Source: Chlamydiales bacterium
GTDB taxonomy: Bacteria; Chlamydiota; Chlamydiia; Chlamydiales; JAAZZY01
Direction of reading: 5' to 3'
Assembly (NCBI GenBank): GCA_965206695.1
Contig: CBDBKM010000010.1
Coordinates: 256,001 to 320,000, forward strand
Length of the DNA stretch: 64,000 nt
In this document: positions 20,642 to 30,053 of the stretch, piece after piece
Numbering within the stretch: position 1 is the first letter of the stretch
Layout of the letters: the number at the start of each line of letters is the position of its first letter
Position numbers and translations under genes: made by a program
Notes under the pieces: model-generated
Databases searched by the model: none
Told to the model about the DNA's origin: nothing
What the model saw: only the letters and a program-made list of their open reading frames with translations

Positions 20642-21735
20642 TACCCCTTATGAATCAAAGTGCCGATTCTAAGACTTGAAAATGATCATTGATTCGTTTC
20701 CTCATTGATTGAGCAATAGAGGGCCAAGTATTTTCAAAAAATCCGGTAATCGATCTCCGAAATTCTTTAGCAGAATTAAAAAACCGATTATTGCGACAAT
20801 ATTCATTCATCACTTTCCATAGTCGTTCAATGGGATTGAGGTTAGGACTGTAAGAAGGTAAATAATAGAGAATAATACCTTGTTTTTCTGCTTCTTGTTT
20901 GGTCTGAATACTTGTATTATAAGGGCCTTGATCTAAAATAAGATGGATATTTGGAGCTGAGGGGTATTTTGACCGTAGCAAAGCAAAATGCTTTGCCGTG
21001 GTACCGCTATTTAATGTTTCATAAGCATCTATTGTTACCTTCATACTGTTTAAATTGATAGACCCCATAAGATTCATTCGAGTACGAGAAGCTGTTGTTG
21101 CAATCAATTTATCTGTTCCCGGTCGAATCCAACCATAAGAAATTTTAGTTGCCATAGTTGGATGTACACTATCAGCAAATTCAACAGGCTCATTTTTAGG
21201 CAGAGATGCCATAAGCTTGGCGTAAAATTGCATCCAAGTTTTTTGTTGATCAGAATTTGCCTTAGCCGGTGTACCTTTAGGCTTTTTATAGGAAAAACCA
21301 TGTGAGTGTAGCCAAGAAGTCATCCCTGAAATCGTATAAACAATGCCATATTTCGCGAGAACATAAGAACAGATCTCTTCTACTTTGACATAGGTATGAG
21401 TTGTTAAATGTTTAATGAATTCTTCTGACTGTGGCGCAAGAAGTTTACTGACTGAACCACCGCTTTCTACATGCAATTGCTGTTTATTTTGATATTCTTT
21501 AATGTGACGAGACACTGTTTCATCGTCTAAAAGCACAGCTTCAGCAATACGAGTATTACTCCAACCTTTATTCGACAATAGAACAGCCTTGATACGATCT
21601 CGTATACGACCATTCTTTTCTCGTTTATGTTGCTGTCTGAGATGCTTTTCTTCTGATAGTGTTAAAAATGAATTCATACAAAATAATTTACACTATACGA
21701 ATACAAAATATCCGGAGGTTTATTCGTGATGAGTA
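20642..21735 (-). mobile_element. IS630-family type A (1094 bp)
   Basis: TA-flanked; near-identical to 47324..48417. Confidence 0.92.
20655..21677 (-). CDS. IS630-family transposase (340 aa)
   Basis: LILDQGPYN, YLPSYSPNLNPIERLW. Confidence 0.92.
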   Translation of the reverse strand: MNSFLTLSEEKHLRQQHKREKNGRIRDRIKAVLLSNKGWSNTRIAEAVLLDDETVSRHIKEYQNKQQLHVESGGSVSKLLAPQSEEFIKHLTTHTYVKVEEICSYVLAKYGIVYTISGMTSWLHSHGFSYKKPKGTPAKANSDQQKTWMQFYAKLMASLPKNEPVEFADSVHPTMATKISYGWIRPGTDKLIATTASRTRMNLMGSINLNSMKVTIDAYETLNSGTTAKHFALLRSKYPSAPNIHLILDQGPYNTSIQTKQEAEKQGIILYYLPSYSPNLNPIERLWKVMNEYCRNNRFFNSAKEFRRSITGFFENTWPSIAQSMRKRINDHFQVLESAL

Positions 21736-22484
21736 TATAGTACTTTAATTTTTATTTGATAATATGTTATCCTTCTTTTTTTATACAAACAGTTAGGATC
21801 TTTGTCCCTATTTTGTGCCTAACTTTACAAAAAGTGGTATGATCAGGAGTATTCTCTTGAATGTAGCGTTCTAGTTCTCGGTCGCTTAGATTTTCCATGA
21901 TATATCGATGGGTATTGCAAAAAAAAACAAAAAGGACATTTAAACCCAAAACTCAGGTTGATAAGGTAATCTGTATATATATCTAGGAGCTGTTTTGACA
22001 TATTTTTTCCTCATAATTAGAGAAAAAATTATAAAGATAAAAAACTTTCTTTACATCACCTTTGCGTAAGGTGAGTCACAAGAATAAAAACAACTTTCTA
22101 TTTCAGCTCATCTTTTTATAAAATAAAGACTTTCAATAAGCCTCACTTCTTTAAAAAATGGCTATTTGAGACCCAAAACAACTCTAACGGTAAGTCTTTA
22201 TTGTAATTTTCAAATATGAAATCATTCGCTTTCTAATAACGTGCGAAGAATGATGAATCTATTAAGCAAAATGTAAGCCTTGCAAAATCGCCTACCAAGG
22301 TTGAGAGATCTCAAAAAAAGCATATTTTTGCATCTCTTGTTGCTTATTGCAAGCTAGAATTGTTAAAAGTTAAGACCCGCTTAAATCATTTTGCTCTTAA
22401 ATATCAATTGTTAATTAAGGCAAATCAGGTAACCGTTTATGAACTGAAAAAATGACATGCTACTTGATCTTGCGTAAGGTGAGT
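21736..22484. mobile_element. Cluster of IS remnants (IS630 type B left end, IS5/IS1182-like fragment, IS701 3' end)
   Basis: TAGTACTTTAATTTTTATTTG end; minus-strand LSDRELERYIQENTPDHTTFCK; plus-strand SIKQNVSLAKSPTK...HIFAS...LNHFALK; TTGCGTAAGGTGAGT at ~22062 and ~22470. Confidence 0.7.
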
Positions 22485-22506
22485 TACAAATCTCAAAAAA
22501 TTCGCT

Positions 22507-23259
22507 ATGAATGAAATGAAAGGGAAGGTCGCGATAGTAACAGGAGCTACATCAGGTATTGGTCGTGAAGTTGCGTTATTGTTTGCTTCTCGTGGCATTA
22601 AAGTCGTGGCAGCCGGCCGTGATGAGGATACAGGCTCTCATTTGATCAAGGAAATCTTAAAAGATGGCGGAGAGGCCATATTTGTTAAAACAGAGATTAC
22701 AAATGCACTATCCGTTCAAAATCTTGTCGGTACTGCCAAAAAGCAATTTAGTGGATTAGATTATGCTTTTAACAATGCAGGCATTGAAGGCGTTTTGGGT
22801 CCTATTGCGGATATGGAAGAAGGTCACTGGGATGATGTAATCAATACTAATTTGAAAGGGATGTGGCTCTGTTTAAAATATGAGTTCTCAGAAATTTTGC
22901 ATCGTGGCGGAGGAGCCATTGTTAATACTTCGACCAACCTGACTAGATTGGGCTTACTGGGGACGGCGGGGTATGTAGCCGGTAAGGCCGGTGTAGATGC
23001 ATTGACGCAGGTTGCCGCTATTGAATATGGCAACCATGGCATTCGAGTAAATGCAATCAATCCGGGGGCTGTTGATACACCCATGCTACGACGTATCTAT
23101 AATTCAGAGCAAGTGCAGCAAGTAAAGCAATCTAACCCCTTGAACAAAATTGCTACTCCTAAAGATATTGCTCAAACCGTTCTTTGGTTATGTTCTCCAA
23201 TGTCAAACCATGTGAATGGAACCTGTGTTGTTATTGATGGTGGGGCGATACTTTTATGA
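22507..23259 (+). CDS. Short-chain dehydrogenase/reductase (SDR)
   Basis: TGATSGIG, NNAG, YVAGK, IRVNAINPG. Confidence 0.92.
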   Translation: MNEMKGKVAIVTGATSGIGREVALLFASRGIKVVAAGRDEDTGSHLIKEILKDGGEAIFVKTEITNALSVQNLVGTAKKQFSGLDYAFNNAGIEGVLGPIADMEEGHWDDVINTNLKGMWLCLKYEFSEILHRGGGAIVNTSTNLTRLGLLGTAGYVAGKAGVDALTQVAAIEYGNHGIRVNAINPGAVDTPMLRRIYNSEQVQQVKQSNPLNKIATPKDIAQTVLWLCSPMSNHVNGTCVVIDGGAILL

Positions 23260-23267
23260 TTGCCTTA

Positions 23268-24324
23268 TGATCTTGCAACCTTTTTTTATACACATGAAAC
23301 ACGTAATTTTTGTTGATCATAGGCTTTTTCGAATGGCTCAGGAGATCTATATCCTAAGGAAGAATGCAGTCTTTTTCGATTATAAAAATGTTCAATATAT
23401 TCAAATATTGCCAATTTAGCCTCTTTTTTAATTTGAAATTTTTTAAAATAAGCCGGCTCAGTTGTTACTGTATGAAAAAAGCTTTCTATCGGAGCATTAT
23501 CATAATAACTCCCTTGACTCATGCTCTGATTAACAGCATTTTGAAATTTTTACTTGTATATTGAGAGCCTCTGTCTGAATGATGGATAAGATTGTTGACA
23601 GGAGCTCTGCTAAAATAAGCTTGTTTAAGAGCTGTTTCTACTATGTCAGAACGCATATGCTCTTGAATGGAATTATCTTATAACCTTCTTAAAGAAAAGA
23701 TCTCATATTGCCGCTAGGCACAGTCTGTCTTCATTAGTAGCGATCAAACTTTGTTAGGAGAATCTATTTGAAACTTTCGCTGCAATCTATCCGGAGCGGT
23801 CTCTACTACTGTTTTTTTACGATGGCGATATTTTCTGTTCATAAGAGCTCTTAAACCTAGTTGTTTCATTAACTGAGCTGCTTTTTTTCTTGAACAAGTG
23901 TATCCTTGACTGTATAAAATAGATAGATTGGATTTTCTTTTTTTAATTGTATATTTCCTCTTTCAGTTTTAGATATATCGTGTTTAAGATAAGAGTAATA
24001 ACCTCTACAGGAAACTCGCATCACTAATGCTATCTTCTTTACGGGAAATAAATAAGTCTGTTCTCTCATAAATTGAAACCTCACTTTTTTTGGCTTAAGA
24101 AGATGGCGGCGGTCTTTTTTAAGATATCTCTTTCGAGCTTGACATCAAAAGCTTCTGCTGTTTCTCTTACTTTCTTTTTTGAAGAAAGATAATGCTCTAC
24201 TACATCTAGTTTAAATTGACGGTCATATTGTTTAGTTTGACGCCTCATCTTTAATAGACTCCAAGTAAAAAATTGTATTTATTTTATTTGTATTTTAAGT
24301 GTGCATTAAAGTGTAGCAAGATCA
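23268..24324 (-). mobile_element. Degraded IS3-family element
   Basis: IRs TGATCTTGC.. / ..GCAAGATCA; orfB remnant DNAPIESFF...YNRKRLHSSLGYRSP. Confidence 0.85.
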
Positions 24325-24457
24325 CAAGCTCATCAAACGCTTTTTTCTAGTCGTTGAATACAACCTATTGTTTTTTAAAAAAAAATAATGTTTTTTTAAA
24401 TTATTTAAACGATTATTCTTATTACAATAGTTTATCTAAATATTGAATTTTATTTAC

Positions 24458-25942
24458 ATGGAAACAAAAGATTTACAACGCTGCAAGCAATGGCGAGCTC
24501 GAAAATATCAGGTGACTTTAGAAGAACTTTATCAGAGTACCGGAGAAGTTATGATTCAGCAATTATTTAAGCAATTAAGTGCTGCTCTCCCCACCCAAAA
24601 AAAGTACCGGTTACTGGTATATTATACTTTAAAGACTTTAAAAAACCTGATACTCGGGCAGACAAAATCGACATCCTTAAATTATAGACGAGTGCATTCT
24701 AAATTTTTAAGAAATTTTAGAAAGGCATTGAATCAATTAGAGCATAAAAAGGTTATAGATGATCCTATAGCACTTGTATGTAAGGAAGCTCTTAATAACC
24801 TATCTTCTGTTCGCTTTCTGGGTATCCATTGTTTTACTTTTGGAACGGATCTTATAGAGCAGGTAATTTTAAATGGCTTAAGTCAAAGAAACCAATCTGA
24901 TACGTTAGATAACTTAGATCAATGGTTAGAAAATGCTCCTTTTGATGAGGAATGTTTTTGTATCAGTAACGCAGATAAGCATTTGAAAGCTCCTTTTCTA
25001 TTTATGGCGGTTCGGAAGTTGTTTGGTAGAACGAATACCTTTTTCGATCCACATCAATACAATCATCCCTTCTTACTCTATACCTTTGACCTATTACAAG
25101 CTGATGGAGGAGTGAAGGAAGTCTCTATTATTCGAATGGGTACTCCAACCAAAGAATTTTTTTTCGGTTGTAAGGCAAAGATAATACCTGAATTTAAATC
25201 TTATTTGAGATTTCTACAAGAAAAAGGACAAGTTCATCTCTATATTAACAAGCAACAGTTAAAGGGAGTTGAAGGTTATAGATCAAAAGCTTTGAAAGAT
25301 CTTCAATTAGAATTCAATAATTTTTATTGCGTTAGCCTGCCATCAGATGGGGTATTTTATGAACAGGGGACAGAAGCGCTATCCGGTGAGGAGTTTAAGG
25401 AAATATTTTTTCAGGTCCTTATTTCAGATACCGGTGATTTTGATTTTCCCGGGCAATGGAAAGAGGATAAGGCATTTATATTAGAATTAAAAAGGTTATT
25501 AGATGAAGTACACGAAGATTTTTTTGGGAATAAGAGTGAATTAAAAAGCCCGGACTTAAGAAATTTTATTGAACACTATTATACATTATTAGAGCTTTTT
25601 CTTATTTATTATACTGCAGCAGATTCTTTTAATATCACCTGTAAAGATGGAATAGATAGGGCGGCCAAGGAACAGACTAAATTATTGTTATATCTACAGG
25701 TTATCCAAGAAGTAAATGAGGATATAGAAACGAAAAAAGAGAGATGGTATGCTATGCATGTTCCCTCTTTTTTCGTCAAAAAGCGCTCGATTATTTCGTC
25801 AAGGCGCACTCGGTTAAGCGGGGCTTTAAAAGGTTATACCGAAACGACCAAGCAAAGATTGAGAAAAAGGCATCAGCAGAAAATGTTGGTCAAGGGTTGT
25901 CCTCGTTTTGTTAAACGAGAAAAACAACCCATTTCTTTCTAA
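24458..25942 (+). CDS. Hypothetical protein with CX5R phosphatase motif (phosphoinositide/tyrosine phosphatase-like)
   Basis: About 494 aa; FNITCKDGIDRAA at 25640..25660. Confidence 0.65.
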   Translation: METKDLQRCKQWRARKYQVTLEELYQSTGEVMIQQLFKQLSAALPTQKKYRLLVYYTLKTLKNLILGQTKSTSLNYRRVHSKFLRNFRKALNQLEHKKVIDDPIALVCKEALNNLSSVRFLGIHCFTFGTDLIEQVILNGLSQRNQSDTLDNLDQWLENAPFDEECFCISNADKHLKAPFLFMAVRKLFGRTNTFFDPHQYNHPFLLYTFDLLQADGGVKEVSIIRMGTPTKEFFFGCKAKIIPEFKSYLRFLQEKGQVHLYINKQQLKGVEGYRSKALKDLQLEFNNFYCVSLPSDGVFYEQGTEALSGEEFKEIFFQVLISDTGDFDFPGQWKEDKAFILELKRLLDEVHEDFFGNKSELKSPDLRNFIEHYYTLLELFLIYYTAADSFNITCKDGIDRAAKEQTKLLLYLQVIQEVNEDIETKKERWYAMHVPSFFVKKRSIISSRRTRLSGALKGYTETTKQRLRKRHQQKMLVKGCPRFVKREKQPISF

Positions 25943-25996
25943 CCGTACGGTATTTAGCAAGGCACTATAAATATTAACTAATTATGAATTAGATAT

Positions 25997-26437
25997 TTAT
26001 GATCGAATTTCGAATTCGCCTTTTTGCCTTCCTGCAGCTCCTTGTGAGAGCTCCCCTTGGAAATCGCCTTCATCACAACCAGTAAACTTTAATCGTAAAT
26101 TTAATTTGTTAAATTCGCGTAACCCGGACGCTGAAGTCATAATTAAATCTGCTTTATTAGGGCCTACTTTTCTATAAACGTACGAACCAGATGAAAAAAA
26201 TGACCCATTTTCGGTCTTCATTTGATAAGTAAGTGAGTTATCATCAAAAGTAGCATAAAGCTTCTTACCTTCAAGGTTTTCAAAAAACCCTGTAGTTGCC
26301 GTATATGTGAATTCAACGGTTTTTCCGGAGACTCTTCTTGGAGCCTTACCATATTTGACACCATCGCAGCTGTTAGAACAGCTCGTTAAGGATATCGCAC
26401 AAAAGAGCGATAATATTCCTATTAGCATAGTTTTCAT
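25997..26437 (-). CDS. Lipoprotein, paralog 1 of tandem array
   Basis: Lipobox LTSC; strong RBS; shared beta-rich domain. Confidence 0.85.
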   Translation of the reverse strand: MKTMLIGILSLFCAISLTSCSNSCDGVKYGKAPRRVSGKTVEFTYTATTGFFENLEGKKLYATFDDNSLTYQMKTENGSFFSSGSYVYRKVGPNKADLIMTSASGLREFNKLNLRLKFTGCDEGDFQGELSQGAAGRQKGEFEIRS

Positions 26438-26610
26438 TGCTTACCTCCTGTATCCATGTAGTTGGGTATCCTTTCCCTAACCGGAAATTATCAAATGAGT
26501 AAAAAAAAGGGAAGAATTTATAAGAAAAAATAGTGGGAATAGGATGAATGATTCATTTTATAATTCTAACATCGGATTTAGGACTCCGATCCCCTATTCC
26601 CAAGTAGAAA

Positions 26611-27144
26611 TTAAGAATCAACAAATATGAACTTGCCTCTTTGTCTACCTACAGCTCCTTGCTGTAGCTTACCATTGAATGTCCCTTCTTTCTTGGAAGT
26701 AAAACGAAGAGTTAAATCTAACTTATTCATTTCTCGCATTCCTGATGAGGAAATCATTATGAGGTCCGCTTTACTTGGCCCGGTTTGATGGTAAGCATAT
26801 GACCCTGATGATACAAATTGACCCGAATCAGTTTTTACCTGATAAGTCAAAGAGTCCTCATCAAAAGTAATACATTGCTTTTTCCCATGTAACTCAGCAT
26901 AAAATCCTGTAGTGGAAGTGTATTGAAATTCAATCGTTCTTCCTGCAATTGTTTTAATTGCAACAGCATCTTTTATACTTTCTTCTGAAAGACTTCCGGG
27001 TTTTGAATATGTTGTTTGTTCGTGTCTATGATCTCTTTTAGTTGAATCCCCCGGTTTAGCTTGTCCTTTTTGTTGCTGTTGATTACAGCTTGCTAAAGAA
27101 ACAGCTAAAAGCAGGGTTAGTAACCCTAATAATTTAGTTTTCAT
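26611..27144 (-). CDS. Lipoprotein, paralog 2 of tandem array
   Basis: Lipobox LASC; Q/K-rich linker; shared domain. Confidence 0.85.
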   Translation of the reverse strand: MKTKLLGLLTLLLAVSLASCNQQQQKGQAKPGDSTKRDHRHEQTTYSKPGSLSEESIKDAVAIKTIAGRTIEFQYTSTTGFYAELHGKKQCITFDEDSLTYQVKTDSGQFVSSGSYAYHQTGPSKADLIMISSSGMREMNKLDLTLRFTSKKEGTFNGKLQQGAVGRQRGKFIFVDS

Positions 27145-27276
27145 CGCCTTACCTCCTTATACTGGCAGCAGTGTAAGCTCCCTTTACACTTTAAACCATT
27201 ACTAACATAGAAAGAAAAAAAAGAGAAGAAATTATCTATAGTATTTCGATTCAGTGAAATAGTGAAGAATAAAATT

Positions 27277-27322
27277 AGGGCTTGATAAAATAATTATATA
27301 AAATCATTTTGACCCAAGCCCT
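27277..27322 (-). terminator. Imperfect stem-loop downstream of paralog 3
   Basis: AGGGCTTG...CAAGCCCT with an AT-rich inner stem. Confidence 0.4.
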
Positions 27323-27336
27323 TGAAAAAATAGTAA

Positions 27337-27783
27337 CTAGCAGTCATCTAGTTCAAATGTGCCTCTCTGATAACCGACAGCCCCTTCTGATAGTTCTCCT
27401 CTAAATTTACCTTCATCACTATCTGTAAAATGAAGTTTTAGATTCAACTTATTAAATTGGGGGCCTTCTACACTAGTGAATATCAGATCTGCGTGATCAG
27501 GACCGGACTTTAAATACGCATAAGAACCTGATGCATAGATGTCTCCCTTTTGTGTTTTGGTTGTATACGTCATAGAACCTTTATCAAAGGTTGTATAAAG
27601 TGTTTGTTTAGTTAAATTATGAAATGCCCCTTTTGCATGGGTATAATAAAATTCCATTCTCATTCCGGAAATATTTTCCGGTGCATAAGATTTGGGACAT
27701 TTCTCTCTTAGCTCACTTGAACTACAACTACTTAGAGTTAAAGCAGTCAATAAAGCGAATAGACCTAAGATCTTGGCTTTCAT
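27337..27783 (-). CDS. Lipoprotein, paralog 3 of tandem array
   Basis: Lipobox LSSC; shared domain. Confidence 0.85.
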   Translation of the reverse strand: MKAKILGLFALLTALTLSSCSSSELREKCPKSYAPENISGMRMEFYYTHAKGAFHNLTKQTLYTTFDKGSMTYTTKTQKGDIYASGSYAYLKSGPDHADLIFTSVEGPQFNKLNLKLHFTDSDEGKFRGELSEGAVGYQRGTFELDDC

Positions 27784-27904
27784 CTCCTATCCTCCTTGAA
27801 ATGGCTATGTAAATAAAACCTATCTTAATCATCAAACTAACATTTTTAAAAAAATATGAAAAGCTCTTGTATAAACAAAAGCTAAAGGATTATTACTAGG
27901 ATAG

Positions 27905-28333
27905 TTATGAGCTGATTACAAACGTTCCTTCAACATATCCATCAATTCCATTGACCAAATTTCCTTTAAAATCACCTGAATTTGGCGTGAGAAAGTAGAG
28001 TTCTAATTCTAATTCATTCCCATGACTCATGGGTGAATCTGTTCTTAAGATTAGAGTGGCTATCCGGTCATTGAAAAGACTATAAATATAATGGCCGTAT
28101 GAACGAACAATTCCGGATCGTAATTTACTCTTATATATAGAAGCATCTTCAAAGACAGTATCGCGCGTATGGCCCTGTAGATTTTTAAATATTCCGGATG
28201 TGGAAGTATAATGAAACTCGATCGTTTGACCTTTGAGATAATTAGGAACCTGAGCGATCTTTTCTTGTTGTTTGCATGAGCAGCAACAGAATAGCGATAT
28301 GAGAATAAAACTATTTAAGCAATTGACTTTCAT
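27905..28333 (-). CDS. Lipoprotein, paralog 4 (most divergent) of tandem array
   Basis: Cys-rich lipobox (CCCSC); shared G.TIEF.YT..SG.F..L.G and G.F.G.L motifs. Confidence 0.8.
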   Translation of the reverse strand: MKVNCLNSFILISLFCCCSCKQQEKIAQVPNYLKGQTIEFHYTSTSGIFKNLQGHTRDTVFEDASIYKSKLRSGIVRSYGHYIYSLFNDRIATLILRTDSPMSHGNELELELYFLTPNSGDFKGNLVNGIDGYVEGTFVISS

Positions 28334-28653
28334 GAATTTACCTCATTGTAACTTAAGAATTTTTATCGATCTTTATCTTAAGTTGGAAGCTACCATAGCT
28401 TAGAAAAAAAATGAAAGGAATTGCGATATGCTAAAATCTTCTAAAAAGATTTTTTTTGTTACTGGCCCTAATTGGATTAAAGACAAAAGAGTCGGATAGC
28501 AGCCGGCATCTTCAAAATCAGGAAATCAATGAAGACTGCACGGATGCAGTCGACTCGCGAGTGACGGTTGCAAAGCAGAGGAATGAAAAGCGTGTTAATT
28601 ATTGGCGGTGCTGGTGCTTGGATGATACACTAGTTGATTAAAATAAAGAGTTT

Positions 28654-28811
28654 ATGATGACAGCTGTCAAGTTAAGATTCTATCCAACCCTCAAATAAAG
28701 AAGGCAACTGGCCCATGAGTTTAGTTGTTCTAAATTTGTATATAACCGGGCTTTAAACCGAAGAAGCACCTTATATAAAGAAGAGAAAAAATCGATTAAT
28801 TGGATTGCTCT
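28654..28811 (+). pseudogene. tnpB 5' remnant truncated by IS630
   Basis: MMTAVKLRFYPTLK*RRQLAHEFSCSKFVYNRAL. Confidence 0.7.
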
Positions 28812-28813
28812 TA

Positions 28814-29748
28814 TAGTATTTTAATTTTTATTTGATAATATGTTATCCTTCTTTTTTTATACAAACAGTAAGGACAAAACAATGCCTAGAGCCTATTCAG
28901 TAGATCTTCGAGAGAAAGTATGACAACATATAGAAAAACATCATGATAAAAAAACAGCCGGCCATATTTTTCAAGTAGGTATCGCAACAATATATCGATG
29001 GATCTTGCAAAAAAAGCAAAAAGGACATTTAAAGCCAATCCGCAGAAAATATGCTTATAAGAAATTAGATGATGAGTTGTTATCTAAATATGTAGAAAAA
29101 CATCCGGATTATTTTTTATCGGAAATTGCTGATTATTTTTCAGTCACTCCGCAAACGATTTTTTATGCCCTTAAAAGATTAAAAATTACACGAAAAAAAA
29201 AACTACTCGCTATAAGGAAAGAGATGAAAAAAAACGGGAAGCTTTTATGAAAGATTTAAAAAATATTCCCTTTGACAAGAGAATTTATCTCGATGAAACC
29301 GGGATTCATCAATTTTTATTTCGTGAGTCCGGAAGAAGCTTACGCGGCAAAAAAGTTTTTGGAGCGGTTTCAGGAAACCGCTTTATAAGGCAAAATATTA
29401 TTTCAGCCCTATCTAAAGGGCAGTTTTTATCTCCAATGTGTTTTGAAGGTACTTGTAATACCGGGTTATTCAATATTTGGCTTAAGGAAGTTTTGACTCC
29501 TCAGCTTACACCCGGTAGTGTTCTTATTCTTGACAATGCCGGTTTTCACAAGTCAGCGGAAAGCAGGAAAACAGTAGAATCTGCCGGTTGTAAGCTTATG
29601 TTTCTTCCTCCCTATTCTCCGGACTTAAATCCTATAGAAAAATATTGGGCTAATATGAAAAATAAAGTTAGAGAGATATTACGAAAAGTTACGAATTTTA
29701 AATTCGCCATTGATCAAGCAATCTTATCAATATAAAATTAAATGACTA
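28814..29748 (+). mobile_element. IS630-family type B (935 bp, split orfA/orfB); this copy has a nonsense codon in orfA
   Basis: IRs TAGTATTTTAATTTT / AAAATTAAATGACTA; TA flanks; A10 slippery run; TTA>TGA at 28921 relative to the other copies. Confidence 0.92.
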
Positions 29749-30045
29749 TATATATTTGGGGGGATGAAGAAGGGGTATCCTCAGGAGAAAGTAACGACTT
29801 AGAATGTACGAAATATTCGGGGTATTTGACCGGTAGCCGGGGAAAAATATCACATTCTTTCATTCCTATTTTGGTAGAGTTTTTAGTTGTTGTCGCATAA
29901 GCTGCAAGGATTTGAAAGATAATATTTCCTTTTAGCAATTGATGAATAGAGCACCCGGGAGTTAAATCAAAATATTGTCTATTTTTATTTTCTGCTAAGA
30001 AATGCAACAAATCAGGATGTAGATCTACGATAGGAAACGTGGGCT
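29749..30045 (-). pseudogene. Membrane dipeptidase (peptidase M19-like) N-terminal fragment, truncated by IS630
   Basis: Minus-strand PTFPIVDLHPDLLHFL...SIHQLLKGNIIFQILAAY. Confidence 0.55.
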
Positions 30046-30053
30046 ACTTCTTC

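Noticed and set aside
22062..22484. Direct repeat TTGCGTAAGGTGAGT about 410 bp apart, considered as CRISPR or att sites
   Set aside because: Only two copies, and the second directly follows an IS701 transposase tail, so these are IS ends.
28456..28641. GC-richer patch with hairpin GACTGCA-CGGA-TGCAGTC, considered as an ncRNA, and a 61-aa ORF
   Set aside because: No tRNA, tmRNA, RNase P, SRP or 6S hallmarks. It includes a tiny Rossmann-like start (MKSVLIIGGAG), so it is more likely pseudogene debris.
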